From: Glycera tridactyla
Lineage: Eukaryota
Reading direction: 5' to 3'
DNA length: 63,704 nucleotides
Assembly: GCA_965644265.1 (NCBI GenBank)
Contig: OZ286463.1
Location: 78,368,297 to 78,432,000 of the forward strand
A program made the translations under genes and the position numbers. Below the pieces are notes generated by a model that saw only the letters and a program-made list of their open reading frames with translations, made no database searches and was not told where the DNA came from. Shown here piece by piece: positions 29,086 through 41,521 of the stretch. Within the stretch, counting starts at the first letter, position 1. The number at the start of each line of letters is the position of its first letter.

Positions 29086-29639
29086 GCTAGCTAGATGGGT
29101 GTACAAGGTTGGTCTTCGATTGGTATGGCCGGTAGTGATTAGGTCTATGATGCCAAACACTTGCGGCGACTTGGTGAATTGCTGGCTATGGTTAGTCGTG
29201 GAGTATTAGGTCCAGTAGGCTCAAAGTGATGAATGGTGTAATCAGGTTCAGTTTTGAGCTGTATAAGTTGAATTGCTTCCGTCGTAAACGTCTCGTAAAC
29301 GTCGGCAAGTCGTACAGCTAATGGTTTGTGAGTCATTCTGCAAATACTCTTCGCTAACTCCGCAGATTAGCCTTATGGCGCCAGTGCCAATATAAATATG
29401 ATACACACAAAAGTAGTGGATGTGCTGTGACGGAAGTCCAGTTCTTACAAGTATAGATTCAAAGAGATGTATGAATCTCCAAATACAATCTCAAGTATTA
29501 CCTCTGCCTAACTTGGCGATAAACATGACTTACAGCAACCAATGCTCATCTGTGTGATCAAGTCGAATCTGGACTTGGATGGCATAAGCGTGCCTTTGAG
29601 TCGTTAACAGTTTGGAAGAGTTGCCTGCGATAGTAGAGC

Positions 29640-30480
29640 CTGCAACACGTTTTCAGTAGGGGCCTTCCACTGGCGCTAGCCTCCTTGGGTATCTAAAAAA
29701 CATCAATCATGGTATAGAGCAAGGCAGTTTCAGTGGAATAATCTTCCTACAAAGAGAGTTTTCGACTGAGTGGATCGTGCGACCCTCGCACGCAGACTCG
29801 CTCGCTATCGGTTAAATAAGAATAGGCTTAGTTTAATAGCTTCCTACCCACAACATCAATCCTATCACACCTTGGACCCTACTACCAATATCCTGTAAGT
29901 CCCCTCAAGGTTGGAGTTTAGGACCACTGCTGTTTATTCCTTTACATAGACAGCATTCCCTTGTGCCTGAGGAATGCCACAGCGACTATCATAGAAGTGA
30001 GTATCTGTGAGTTTTCATGTCAGCTATTTGCAACAACTTACAACCGAACCTAAGCAAAACAATATCAATGATTGTGGAATTCCCAGCGAGGAATCGTTGA
30101 TTAAATAATTTTCTGTAAAGTTCAGATGGTCAGATTTTTCCATCTGCTGATTAGATGAACTGCAATTGAGTGGTTTCGGATCTAGCGCTCAATTTCAGCA
30201 CCACTTACCGCACATAAATTCAAAAACTCTACAAAATTGGAGCATTGGGCAAAGCATACCCCATTGCCAAGCAAAATACAGACCTAATTCGGTAACAAGC
30301 TTTTCTTCTACAAATTTTGATCATGGTGATGCAGTCTTGTATGCCTCCCTCATTAGGACAGTAATACGCTACAAAAATTGCTCACATAGCCATGCATCGC
30401 ATAGCAAAGTAACAATGTCGTTTGATGCCGATATTCTTCAGAGAGAGCTGAGGCCCCTTGCTAACAGAAGAGTTGATCAT
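29640..30480 (+). mobile_element. Highly decayed L2/CR1-group RT fragment
   Basis: LLGYLKNINHGIEQGSFSGIIFL (from 29681) parallels LLQFLDRIYQGLEEGSPSGVLFL of the 33-kb element. PQGWSLGPLLFI starts at 29903. FDHGDAVLY (about 30316) parallels FDYCDIIY. Many stops and frameshifts; boundaries approximate. Confidence 0.8.
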
Positions 30481-30936
30481 GGATTGATTCATGTCGCCTA
30501 AACATTAAGTAGACATTTCCAAAGTTGATCATTCACATGCTACTCAATCGAAAGAGAGATTCATTTCCAAGTGTGGAGCATCTCCAATACAAACCGTGCG
30601 AGAAAAAACATCGGGTGCATCTCCCTGACAGGGAAGATGTCTGTTTGCATGTGAGGCAAGTACGAATGATTCATTATTGCAAAGTTTTATTAGAGGCTGT
30701 TATTCGATATTGCCATTTATCTATTGAGGCTTGTTCATACATGGCTTTCTCTGACACGTTGATAAAGTTATCTTGTATCATCCAGTACTCATCTCATCCC
30801 AACATGTTCCATACAATTGCGATTACACCTGCTCAACCCCAGCTATTGTACACACATGTTGTGTGGAGATACATAATTGGACAGGATGGAACAAGGTCTG
30901 TTCCATAGCGATTGGCTCCCGAAGCGAATAGTTTCA

Positions 30937-31050
30937 ATTGATCAGGCAATAAGTATGTGTACTCGGATTGCAGAGAATATTCTGATTGATCAGGGAACAA
31001 GTATGTGTGATCGGACTACAGAAGACATCTTCAAGATCAGACAAGTACCC
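30937..31050. repeat. 48-bp degenerate tandem repeat, about 2.4 units
   Basis: ATTGATCAGG.AA.AAGTATGTGT at 30937 and 30985. Confidence 0.7.
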
Positions 31051-31544
31051 GTGCTATGCGAAGAATGTACATAATTGTCCGTGTTGATGGATATTTTGAG
31101 AAATTCGGATAAATTGTTCCTAGATGCATGGGATGTCTCGGGTGATCCGTGAGAAAGTATCCGAATCTGGAACAAATGTAATTTGACCAATCAGGGGAAG
31201 ACAGGATTTATTACCGGAAAACCGGGTAACCAAGTATGTGAATGTGGGCTACTGCGTTACCCTTCCAAATTTACATGACGCACTTGGGAGAGATGTAATA
31301 TGCAATTTGATCTACAGGTATCTTGCGTGAGGTGAATGGTTGGGTGAATCATCTTGAGGCAATGCACGAGAAGTGATCAATTCTGTAACATTCCTATCAT
31401 GGAGAGGGACTTTCTCGTAACGGTAATAATCTCATCCCCGCCTTGATTAAGTACCATCGCTTGGTGATGTTTATGGTGAGAATAACGGCTTAATGCGAGC
31501 TTCTGCTGCCGTGTTCATCTCGTGTCTAACCATGTCTCTCATCG

Positions 31545-31619
<75 letters not shown>

Positions 31620-31633
31620 TATCATCATCATCA
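31545..31633. repeat. (CAT)n microsatellite
   Basis: Near-perfect run. Confidence 0.98.
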
Positions 31634-32404
31634 CTGGGAACAAGACGACCGATGAAATTGCGTGAGGATGACGCCTGCGCATTCCATCGGTGACTTCAGC
31701 ACGAAAACTCTCGATTCGAGGAAGAAGGTGATAACACTATTGATAGTGAGTGAGTACAATACGACAAGGGTATGATGGATTCTAACGAAGTGCCACTATC
31801 AATCTGACCTCTTCCTGGTGAGGTAAACATTGCCAGACAGCCGCATCACCAGATTACGTGACATGGGAGCAATATATTCAATTGCCGCTCTCTGGCCGAT
31901 GGTCAGCCGCCTCAAAGGCTGGACCAACAAACCCACCAGGGTCGTATGAGGTAAACAGCAGGGCATGTCGAGGAAGAAGGCAATTAGATTCTCGGGCTAA
32001 ATTTACTTGGAATGAATGATAGGAAGCCGATAGGTCCCTACTCCTATTTGTGTAGGGAGTAATGAAGTCTTGTGAAGTTCCAACATCGACAGCACATTCT
32101 GTGAAATCTCACCTCCCAGAAATAATCCATCCTAATCAGAAAAAGGACGGTGGCGGGAGTAAATTTCAATTCAGATGTATAACGAATGGAAATATATAAT
32201 CACAACTTCCCCGAATGAGGTTGATGGGTGATCAGGATTTCAAATGTCCACAATAGTTAGATTACCTTTCCGATATGCAAGCTGCTGACATTTTTCTTTG
32301 GAGAATTTCGATTTGTTTCAATTTGAATTGACATAGGACCACTCCTCCTGGGAACGACTCGTCAGCCTTTTTGACAAGAATTGTCAAGTGACTGATGCAA
32401 TGAA

Positions 32405-34560
32405 AACTCAAATCAAATCAAAATCAAATAAACTTTATTTCTCCTCGTATCGAAAATATACACATGTACAGTTAGCCCAAGATAGTCTTTATCCGGTACA
32501 CACGAGGTAACATATTTACAAGATGGGTTACAAATGTTAAGGTGTTATTTTCAACCTCTTATTGTTAATTCAATGTTAGCTACAGGCGGTTTTATATTTA
32601 CATACCATCATACAATCATCACAAACACACAAAGATGAAATTTCAATAATATATTGATTAGCATCGGTCCTCATCATTTAATTCTTGATCTGTTGTTAGG
32701 GAATCTATGTACAGGAGTACTACCCATTATATGGATAGTATATTAGTTCCCAGGATCAGGGATAGTATTAAATTTTTGCTGAGAGATGTCAACTCCTGTT
32801 GTAGAAAGCAATTTTCAGATGTAGAATTTTTAAGTTCCCATGGGTTCATCCCTCCCTTCATTTTTGATTTGAGAAATTTTATTGAGTTAGCATTCCGAGT
32901 TTTAGGTGATGATGGATTCCAAAGTATAGGTGCACATATTCTAGAATTTCCCTCACATTCACGAAGTCGTGCCTTGGGTACTTGCCTTGTACAGAAGCTC
33001 TTGTTTTTTGCTTGTGGCCCTCCCTTGTGTATTAAAACATTTTCCCAGTTGTACATCTAGTGTGTTTGTTGAGTATTTTATTTAAATGAGTTACAGTATG
33101 TTTGTTGCGTCGTGTTTTCAAAGTGAAGTTGTAAGCTTGTTGTGGTTTTATCCTTTTTCAAAATAGTTTTGGATGTGCTGTAACATTGCAGCATCTTTTT
33201 GGAACAAATGGTCATATATGATGTCGCAATAGTCAAAAACTGGTGCCACTATGGTCTTGTATAATGTACAGGCGGTATTTTGACTAATGATGGGTCTAAG
33301 CCTCCCAAGTAATTTCACTTTTCCTATTGTTTTGTTTTTAATGTAATTTGCGTGGGAGGGGAAATTCAATTCATTATCAAGCATTATGCCAAGGTATTTA
33401 TATTCGGTTGCATTTTTGATCTGTTGGTTATTATATTCTACCCTTATGTTGTTGCATTCTCTTAACATTTTCTTGGTTCCAAATATCATATGACATGTTT
33501 TATCTATGTTTAATTCCAATTTGTGTAGTTTCAGCCAGTCTGCGATAGTTGATAAATTTCGATTTAGGGCAATTTGCATGTCAATGGGGTGCCCGTGTGT
33601 TACTGAGATAGCCGTATCGTTGGCATACAGATTTACTCCCGCATCTCTAAAGATTGTAGGTATATCGTTTATGAAGATTGTAAAGAGTGGGGGCCCCAGG
33701 ATGGAACCCTGGGGCACCCCACACTTTATAGGTGTTGATGATGATACATGGTCATTGCCTTTCGTACAACAGGTTCTATCAGTGAGGTATGATTCCACCC
33801 AATCAACTGCATGTTTATTGAAGCCTATTTGGTCTAATTTTTGACACAACATTTTACGATTCACAGTGTCAAAGGCTTTATGCAGGTCCAGGAAGAGCAC
33901 TCCACTGGGAGATCCCTCCTCCAGACCCTGATAGATTCTATCAAGGAACTGGAGGAGACATGTCGCAGTGGAATAACCTTTCCTGAAACCTACTTGTTTT
34001 TCATTTGAAATGTTGTTAGCCTCTAGGTATATCATTATCTGGTCGTGTATCAGCCTCTCTAGTATCTTGCTGAGTGGATTTAATACCATGATAGGTCGGT
34101 AATTTGAAGGGTTGCTCTGATTTCCATCTTTCAATAAAGGTGTTATGGTGCCACTTTTCCAAAAATGTGGGAGGTCACCTTCATCTCTGCTTTTATTAAA
34201 AATATGTTCAAGAAGAGAAGCAATACTAGGCGTTAACCATTTTATGATTGTAGGTGTGATACCATCATTACCCGGACTTTTTTTGGTTGAAGTTTTACCA
34301 ATTATCTCAATTATATCTTCCGAGGTCATGTGTGCGAATTTAAACTTCCCGTTTCCAGCATTATTATAGGGATTCTGTTCTGAATCGTCCGAGAATTCCT
34401 CATTGATCTTTTGCCCTATTGTACTAAAATGCTGGTTTAAGATTTCAGCCATCTCCTCGTCTTTTGTAGCCCCATTTATCTTATTTATATGCCCTGCCCC
34501 TTTATCGTTTGGCGTGATTTCTCTAACTAATTTCCAATTTTTTTTTACTATTCCCTTTTG
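32405..34560 (-). mobile_element. 5'-truncated non-LTR retrotransposon, L2/CR1 group (ORF2 RT, C-terminus, 3' UTR and tail)
   Basis: The RT ORF at 33148-34452 extends upstream in frame as KGNSKKNWKLVREI. A C-terminal ILWNPSSPKTRNANSIKFLK segment lies in the 32727-33056 ORF. The minus strand ends in AATAAA (32434-32439) followed by an imperfect (TTTGA)n tail (about 32408-32430). Confidence 0.95.
33148..34452 (-). pseudogene. LINE ORF2 reverse transcriptase domain, 434 aa open but probably inactive
   Basis: Motifs: KKSPGNDGI, WKSGTITPLLK, NYRPI, QVGFRKGYST, LFLDLHKAFDTV, GVPQGSILGPPLFTIFINDI, YKYLG. The catalytic YADD reads YAND. There is no endonuclease domain and the frame breaks after LQHIQNY. 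Confidence 0.92.
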
Positions 34561-36672
34561 AACTCATTGGTGTCCTACGATGTACCAGAAAATGCCTGTG
34601 ATGCAGTCGACCACTTTGTCCTTGTTATCAAATTGGCCATGATTGGCTTTCCACATTACGTGGAATAAAACATTGAGACCGTATGCAACCATTCTGTTCT
34701 GGCACATATGGCACCAAAGAGAGTGCGATCTTGGGTACCCCTCGCTTTTTATCGTTTGGGACAGCGTCCTCCCAACACTCGAATACTGAACCTAATCTTT
34801 GGTGACACAGCAATCCCCCTCATCGTGCCTACATCCAGGACAGATGTTGTGCTCTTTGCAGTGACCAATACCAAATCGGGTATTAAGGGAAACTGAAATT
34901 GTCATTTGAGTACGCCAGGGACTATATTCGACATCAATTAGATCACTTCCGCTGGGGAGTGGGTCACCATCTCGCTAGCTCACGAAAGTATGCCATTTCT
35001 GAATTCGCCGATCTTAGGACTACCATCTAGTTGGAAGCAAATAGCACACTCACTGTCTAGATTAGGGAGTGAGAGGTTGCTGAGGGTTCACTGAAGGAGA
35101 CCCCCGCGTTCGAGAAGCTCGATGATGAAACAGATTCGATCCAAACCTGCCACGAGCATGTTTGTCACATGTTCAAGTATGGTGAAGGTCTAGCTTTTCA
35201 AAGACACATTTAACAGCCTGCAACCTGCACTTGCTCTACTAAATATCCTGTGCATGATGCTTATCTTCAAAATCATTTTATTTTCATTACATATACGATT
35301 AAGCAACTTCTGCACCCTCGAATGCGTAAAAGTATATTATTTCATGCGTGTGTGCCTGGCATTAGGTACAATGATATGAACCCACTGATTTGCAAAAGAA
35401 TAGTCTCAATACACAACAAAGATAGCACCGGCTGTGAACATCTTCAGTACTGACTGACACACGTTGTCCCCATCTCTATTCATGTTGTTTACGTAGAGCT
35501 CGATGTGAAAGCTTTCGATGATCCTCTTCTTACAGGCACCTTTGGTATCCCTTTCTGATAAATGACATGATTTCAGAACATATTGTCCGTGATGGCTGAT
35601 CTACTTACCACCCACCTTACAGGTATATTCGTGATATGAATTCCATCTGCCTGTCTGCACCCTCTTCGTGATATTGAAATTCACCTTTCATTTTTCACCT
35701 CTTCATCATGATCGTCAATACTTCAAATAATTGATAGTCAATACTTGATTTTGAACCCAATCTGTGGATATCATAACACATCTGAAGCGATGAGAAGAAT
35801 ATAGAAAAATATTCTCTCGTTCACATATTCTGAAATCACTGCCATGCCAAGCGTGTTTGTGATATTCTCAGTGCTGCTATTTTGAGGATGAAGATATACT
35901 CTTGGTTGAACACGACCTTCTTCTCAAAACTTCGAACCCTCATATTTTCGGCTTGCATGTGCATATGTGTTTCCTTTTGTAGCTAACTTTTTCGGATCCC
36001 AGATTGGCACTGTAACCACAACCAACTTCTGGTGATGTGAGGCTCATGCCTGTTTCTATGTTTTAGCTCAATGCACCATCTTGTGTTCAGGGTCGACAAC
36101 ATGATCCCTGCAAAGGAAGGGCCATGCATTTTACATGCAGTGGGAAGTCACGGCATTCGTAACCTTCTGGATCTGATGCAATATATTTACCAAAAAGACT
36201 GATTCCGTTCATGTGAATTCAAATCTCGAACTCGAGTGTAGCACATTTTGTCATTACAAAGTTCAATTCATTTCATGGACATTCAAATACCATACTAAAA
36301 AGTAAGCCAATACTGCATTTTGTTCGGATAATCTTAGGTGTTATCTCATATGCACGAATGATTCTAGAATATGTAGAGGATTGAAAAAGATGTCATCGGC
36401 GGTATATTCCACGGCAAACGTTTGCTTGTTCAGCTCATTGCGGCAGAGTTGGAAAGATTCTATTGTTTGAAGTGTCGTGATTTGAGACAAATGGTTCAAT
36501 ATATTTGTGAATCAGGGGGGAATCTCTCGTCTCGCATTAGTGGGGCTGATTTCTTTTTCGACATTGTTGTATCCATCTCATCTTCGCCACGATCAGACAA
36601 ACACCAGGTAGGTACGTCACAATGTTGGTGAAACGTCCGCCAGCAGATTCCAAGGCGTACTAATGGCAGACA

Positions 36673-36772
36673 NNNNNNNNNNNNNNNNNNNNNNNNNNNN
36701 NNNNNNNNNNNNNNNNNNNNNNNNNNNNNNNNNNNNNNNNNNNNNNNNNNNNNNNNNNNNNNNNNNNNNNNN
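36673..36772. other. Probable scaffold gap of exactly 100 N
   Basis: The round length and complex flanks differ from the other N-runs (1485-1813, 4310-4507, 9511-9673, 23718-23994, 38894-39332, 42231-42420), most of which abut low-complexity sequence. Confidence 0.65.
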
Positions 36773-37581
36773 GTTGCCACGTGGTGCGTGTTGGTATTTG
36801 TTTAACACTCACTCATAAGATATCTTCACTGTTAACCCCTCCAGACTCATCCAGGGAATGCCCCTCACATCTTTTTAACCATCACATCAGGTCATGTGCT
36901 ATGGAGGATAACCTCAACTAAATCACCGATTACCAGACAGAATCTAAAATGTGAACAATTCCTACTCACCTCTTCTCTCACATAAACGAATCAGTCAATC
37001 ATTCATTCGGTGACCTGCAGTAGTCCCCTGCTGAGGTGAACCTTCATCATTTTCTACACTGGGAAGATGAGATAAAATCATTCCAGAATTTCTTTCGCGG
37101 CTCTGAGTGATATATGTAGGTCATATGGTACGCTTGTATTTCACCTATCTATACTTTGAATCAGCCTCCGACCCATACATTGATTCTTGATGCCGTATAA
37201 CAGTAGAAAGCCGTCTTGGGATCATAAGGGTCACCACAACACTCGCCGTCATCTAACCCATGGCTCTGCTATGCCTGAGGTACGTCGAGACTCAACGGAG
37301 TGATGCAAGGTGAAGCCTTCGAAAGAGATTTGGGAACAAAATAACACACATCGAAATAGCGGAGGGAACCCCCCTCTCCCCTATTCTCGTACAAACGGCA
37401 ATTGCACCTGCATGAAAGAAGAAGTAGTGGCGTATCAGGTTTGCAGCCATATTCATCGATTGAAGAAGTTTGGGCTTTTTCACCCTCACATCAAAGCTAA
37501 TTGCATCTACAGAGAGTGGGGAATACGTTCGAAAAGTTCCCTAGCCTTTTTCATGAACATCGATCCGACCACCGTGCTGAT

Positions 37582-37910
37582 AGTCAGTCTGTATGTCTGT
37601 CATTTCCTATGTCTGTATTCTGTCTGTCTGTGTTGCCTAACTGTATGTCTGTTCATCCGTATGTGTGTGGCTGTCTGTCGGCACGTTTGTCCTCTTCATT
37701 TACGTGTCTCTGCCCCTATCCGTCTGTCTATCTGTCGGTCGATCTGTATGTATGTCAGTCAGTCTGTATATCTGTCATTTCCTATATCTGTATTCTGTCT
37801 GTTTGTGTTGCCTATCTGTATGTCTGTACATCTATATGGGTGTGGCTGTCTGTTGGCCTGTCTGTCCTGTTCATTTATGTGTCTCTCTGCCCCTATCTGC
37901 CTCTCTCTGT
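37582..37910. repeat. Two diverged 175-bp units built from TCTG-like microsatellite, followed by (TC)n to about 38012
   Basis: TCTGTCATTTCCTAT at 37596 and 37771, with colinear similarity afterwards. Confidence 0.85.
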
Positions 37911-39519
37911 CCCTCTCTCGTTGTCTCTGTCTGTCTGTCTGTCTATTCCTCTCTCTCTTTCTCTCTCTTTCTCTCTCTTTCTCTCTCTAGCTCTCTCTCT
38001 CTCCCTCTCTCAAATATCGGTCCATTGCCCTTGTAGACAGGTGATAATTATGTGGCAGCGGACTAGTTAGTTGCGTGCTGAAAGTAGCTGGTTTTTAGCA
38101 TTGTTTTTCTGCTCTGATAATTGTTGTACAGGGTGCCGCATTGGTGGTAAATGGTGGCAGTTTGTGTGGCATTTATGACATCATAGCATGGAAGCTGCTC
38201 CGTCCCAGTTCGTCGTCCATAGATCTCGTATGATCTATCGACGTCACCATTCTCCCGCCTTCCGCTCCACCCTCACACACCATTCACTCTACCTAGTGAC
38301 AACCATGCCCTCCCTGACATTTTTGCTGTTGATATATCATCATTGACGAAAGCAGTTGACACCAACCATAGCAGACATTTACATCTTTCACAGGACAGGA
38401 TGCGCTGTTGTGGATAACCATTAAGAATGATATACCGATATGGTTATAGTCTGTCGATTATAGGGCGGTGAGTTGTAACACTCTAAATGTAAAGAAAATT
38501 CTGAATGACTGATATATCAGAACTATGTATTTCTCGTCAAACCACCTCTTGCGATATCTGGTTACTGTCATAGCTCTTGGAGGATGAGAAATGTGACAGA
38601 GCATGAACCATTGCATTCCTGATGGCCTTAGTATTGACTCATCTGAACAAGGTTTGTGATAGGAAGTTCAGATGTCCACCCCTGCCATCTATCCATAAAA
38701 GAGTTAATGATTGAAAAAACTCCCTGAAATTGGCAAGAGGCGGTTACCGCCCACTTTGGCCGTCGTGACATACCACTACCCATCTGTCACACTTAGGCTG
38801 GACTCGCTCCATCATTCTGTGACAGGCTTGTCCACAAGGTTGACAGCAGTGATTATTGACTACACTACTACTCACCCACCTCAAACATTTACANNNNNNN
38901 NNNNNNNNNNNNNNNNNNNNNNNNNNNNNNNNNNNNNNNNNNNNNNNNNNNNNNNNNNNNNNNNNNNNNNNNNNNNNNNNNNNNNNNNNNNNNNNNNNNN
39001 NNNNNNNNNNNNNNNNNNNNNNNNNNNNNNNNNNNNNNNNNNNNNNNNNNNNNNNNNNNNNNNNNNNNGATCANNNNNNNNNNNNNNNNNNNNNNNNNNN
39101 NNNNNNNNNNNNNNNNNNNNNNNNNNNNNNNNNNNNNNNNNNNNNNNNNNNNNNNNNNNNNNNNNNNNNNNNNNNNNNNNNNNNNNNNNNNNNNNNNNNN
39201 NNNNNNNNNNNNNNNNNNNNNNNNNNNNNNNNNNNNNNNNNNNNNNNNNNNNNNNNNNNNNNNNNNNNNNNNNNNNNNNNNNNNNNNNNNNNNNNNNNNN
39301 NNNNNNNNNNNNNNNNNNNNNNNNNNNNNNNNGGGGAAAATGGCTACACCAATGTCACCATCACCATCACTGCTATCACCATCGCATCATCGTCATTTTC
39401 CCTGTCATTCAGACAGAAGAAATGTAGGGTCGGATACACTCCGTCATTCGATTCTGGTGATGTTACAATATTTGTATTCATTTCCTTTTGTGCACAGTGC
39501 CCATGTGTGTTGAATAGTG

Positions 39520-39900
39520 CCGGGACTGACGGCGCGCTAGAATTGCGCCGGGAACGACTCTTGTTCTATGTCGGTCTATTCCGTCAATTCCACATCCGGG
39601 TATTGGTGTGATTCACATTTCCGGTCAGGTCGATCACGTGACGTATCCATCGGTGGCAGGTGCGCTCTAATTAACTCATACAATTGGCAGGCAGTTCATG
39701 GAACCGACGCAAGGATGTCTTCACTCGTCTCTCCAGCTTCCCTTCTTTAATCAGCGGATGCTGACTTGCTTCACAGACAGGCGCTGATGTTGAGTGCGCC
39801 GGCCTCTCGTGTCACGTGACCGGATATTGCACGTTATTGAGAAGCCCTTGCACAAGACGTTAACGGAAATAAGAAGCAGCATTATCTAACTTATTGGGCA
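39520..39900. promoter_or_regulatory. CpG-rich, promoter-like segment with two TCACGTGAC E-boxes
   Basis: ATCACGTGAC (39633-39642) and GTCACGTGAC (39811-39820). No linked gene identified. Confidence 0.3.
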
Positions 39901-40929
39901 AACGTGCCCGCCTAATAGCTTTCTTGCCGATAATCTCGGAATCGTGACAGCATTGAAGGTCACCTCGATATGTATGAAAATCGCTGCACTCTTCAGGGTG
40001 ATCTTCAGTACATATGACGCCAGTGTACAACCTTCAAAATTCAAGCAGATTCTTTGATCAAAGTAACAGCTGTCCGATATATCATATCTGATGGGAGAAG
40101 AACAAAGGTATTTATACTGTTTCTCTCCTTGCAGTCAATTAGCCGATCCATCGAGACCCCACTCATTCACGCTGATTCGTCGTTTGGTTGGTTTAAACAT
40201 CCCATCTGGGTTAGATTGAGCATGAGTTGGATAATTATAACGCCTTCTGGGTTGTTAGAAAAATATGAAGACGCGTGGAATTCACCGGCACATAATGTGT
40301 CATCCACCATTCTCGTTGATCTGATTTTGGAGGCTTGTTCTCATCTACGCGGTTTCGGTAGTTGTCCTGGTTCTGACCACATGCCGTCGAACCGGGAGCA
40401 ACCGAATGATATCATCTGTCATTCTCGTTTATCGACAGGGTGTTCATATCTGTGACTGAAGGGCAGATGGTCATCCCTGCTCATTGCCGAGATTGGAGTG
40501 TCTTCAGCTTGCCTCACTTCAGGCTTGATTATGGTTGACATGTGGTTATCCCTGATTTGGCAATGAGTCGGGTACTGCTATGGGCAGTTGTGGACATCTC
40601 TACATGGTTGTGCTGAGGTTGTGAAATGACAGATGCAGGCTGTCTTGACTGGTTTCTGTCATGTGGAAGTCACACCAGAACCACCCCAAACTGCCTTAAG
40701 CTTCGGAATGTCTTACTGTTGGTGACTCTACGCATATTCAAACGACGCTTTTGAAGTATACCTGCCTTGCAGGCATCCTTCTTCTCATCACTCTTGTTTG
40801 GGACTGCAGTTTAGATGACAAAAAAATGGAATATATTTCAAAACTTTTTCGGGTAGCCAATTAAAACTGATAAACTGCTCTGATCCCCATGAAATCTTGT
40901 ATGGTTATTGTGAGGGCCTGTCTCCTTTG

Positions 40930-41273
40930 CACAAATTACTTGGATAGCTCGCTATGAGTCTTTCTGTCATGAAAAACACAGGAGGCTACATTGTCTCATA
41001 GAATTTTTCAAAATTCTACATGGGGACTCTTACACTGGGCTTCAGACTCTATGTGGAGATTTGGTGCGTCGGAAGGAGTATACACGTGTTACTAGGTCGA
41101 CAACTAGCATGCATTTTGCATTAGCTATGAATAGACTTGAAACACCAGACAGGTGTTTTTTTCATCGGTGTGTACCCTACTGGAATCATCTACCCCTTGA
41201 GGTTAGGGAGATCGATGTAATTTCTGCCTTTAGAAGAGACGTAAAAATACATCCAGGATATCTTAAGGGTTAA
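40930..41273 (+). mobile_element. L2/CR1-group ORF2 C-terminal fragment
   Basis: The 41061-41273 ORF contains FFHRCVPYWNHLPLEVREIDVISAFRRDVK, matching the typical F..R....WN.LP..V......F...K end of CR1/L2 ORF2. Confidence 0.8.
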
Positions 41274-41521
41274 TGATGTTACGTGTTTATTCCTATCTGG
41301 TACCGCCTGGTGTTGTGTTATGCTATATCCTCGCCTAAAGAATTTGACAATGATGCTCTGACTGTGGAGAGCTGAATATGCACTACTATTATCAAGCCTG
41401 CATGGAGAATCTTCTAGTCTTGAAATGAACTCTTCACAGTACACGACTGGTCAGATGTCTGGTCAAGTGTCACAAACAAGAACCGAATTGACCAATGTAC
41501 CAATTCATCCTGACCTACTCG

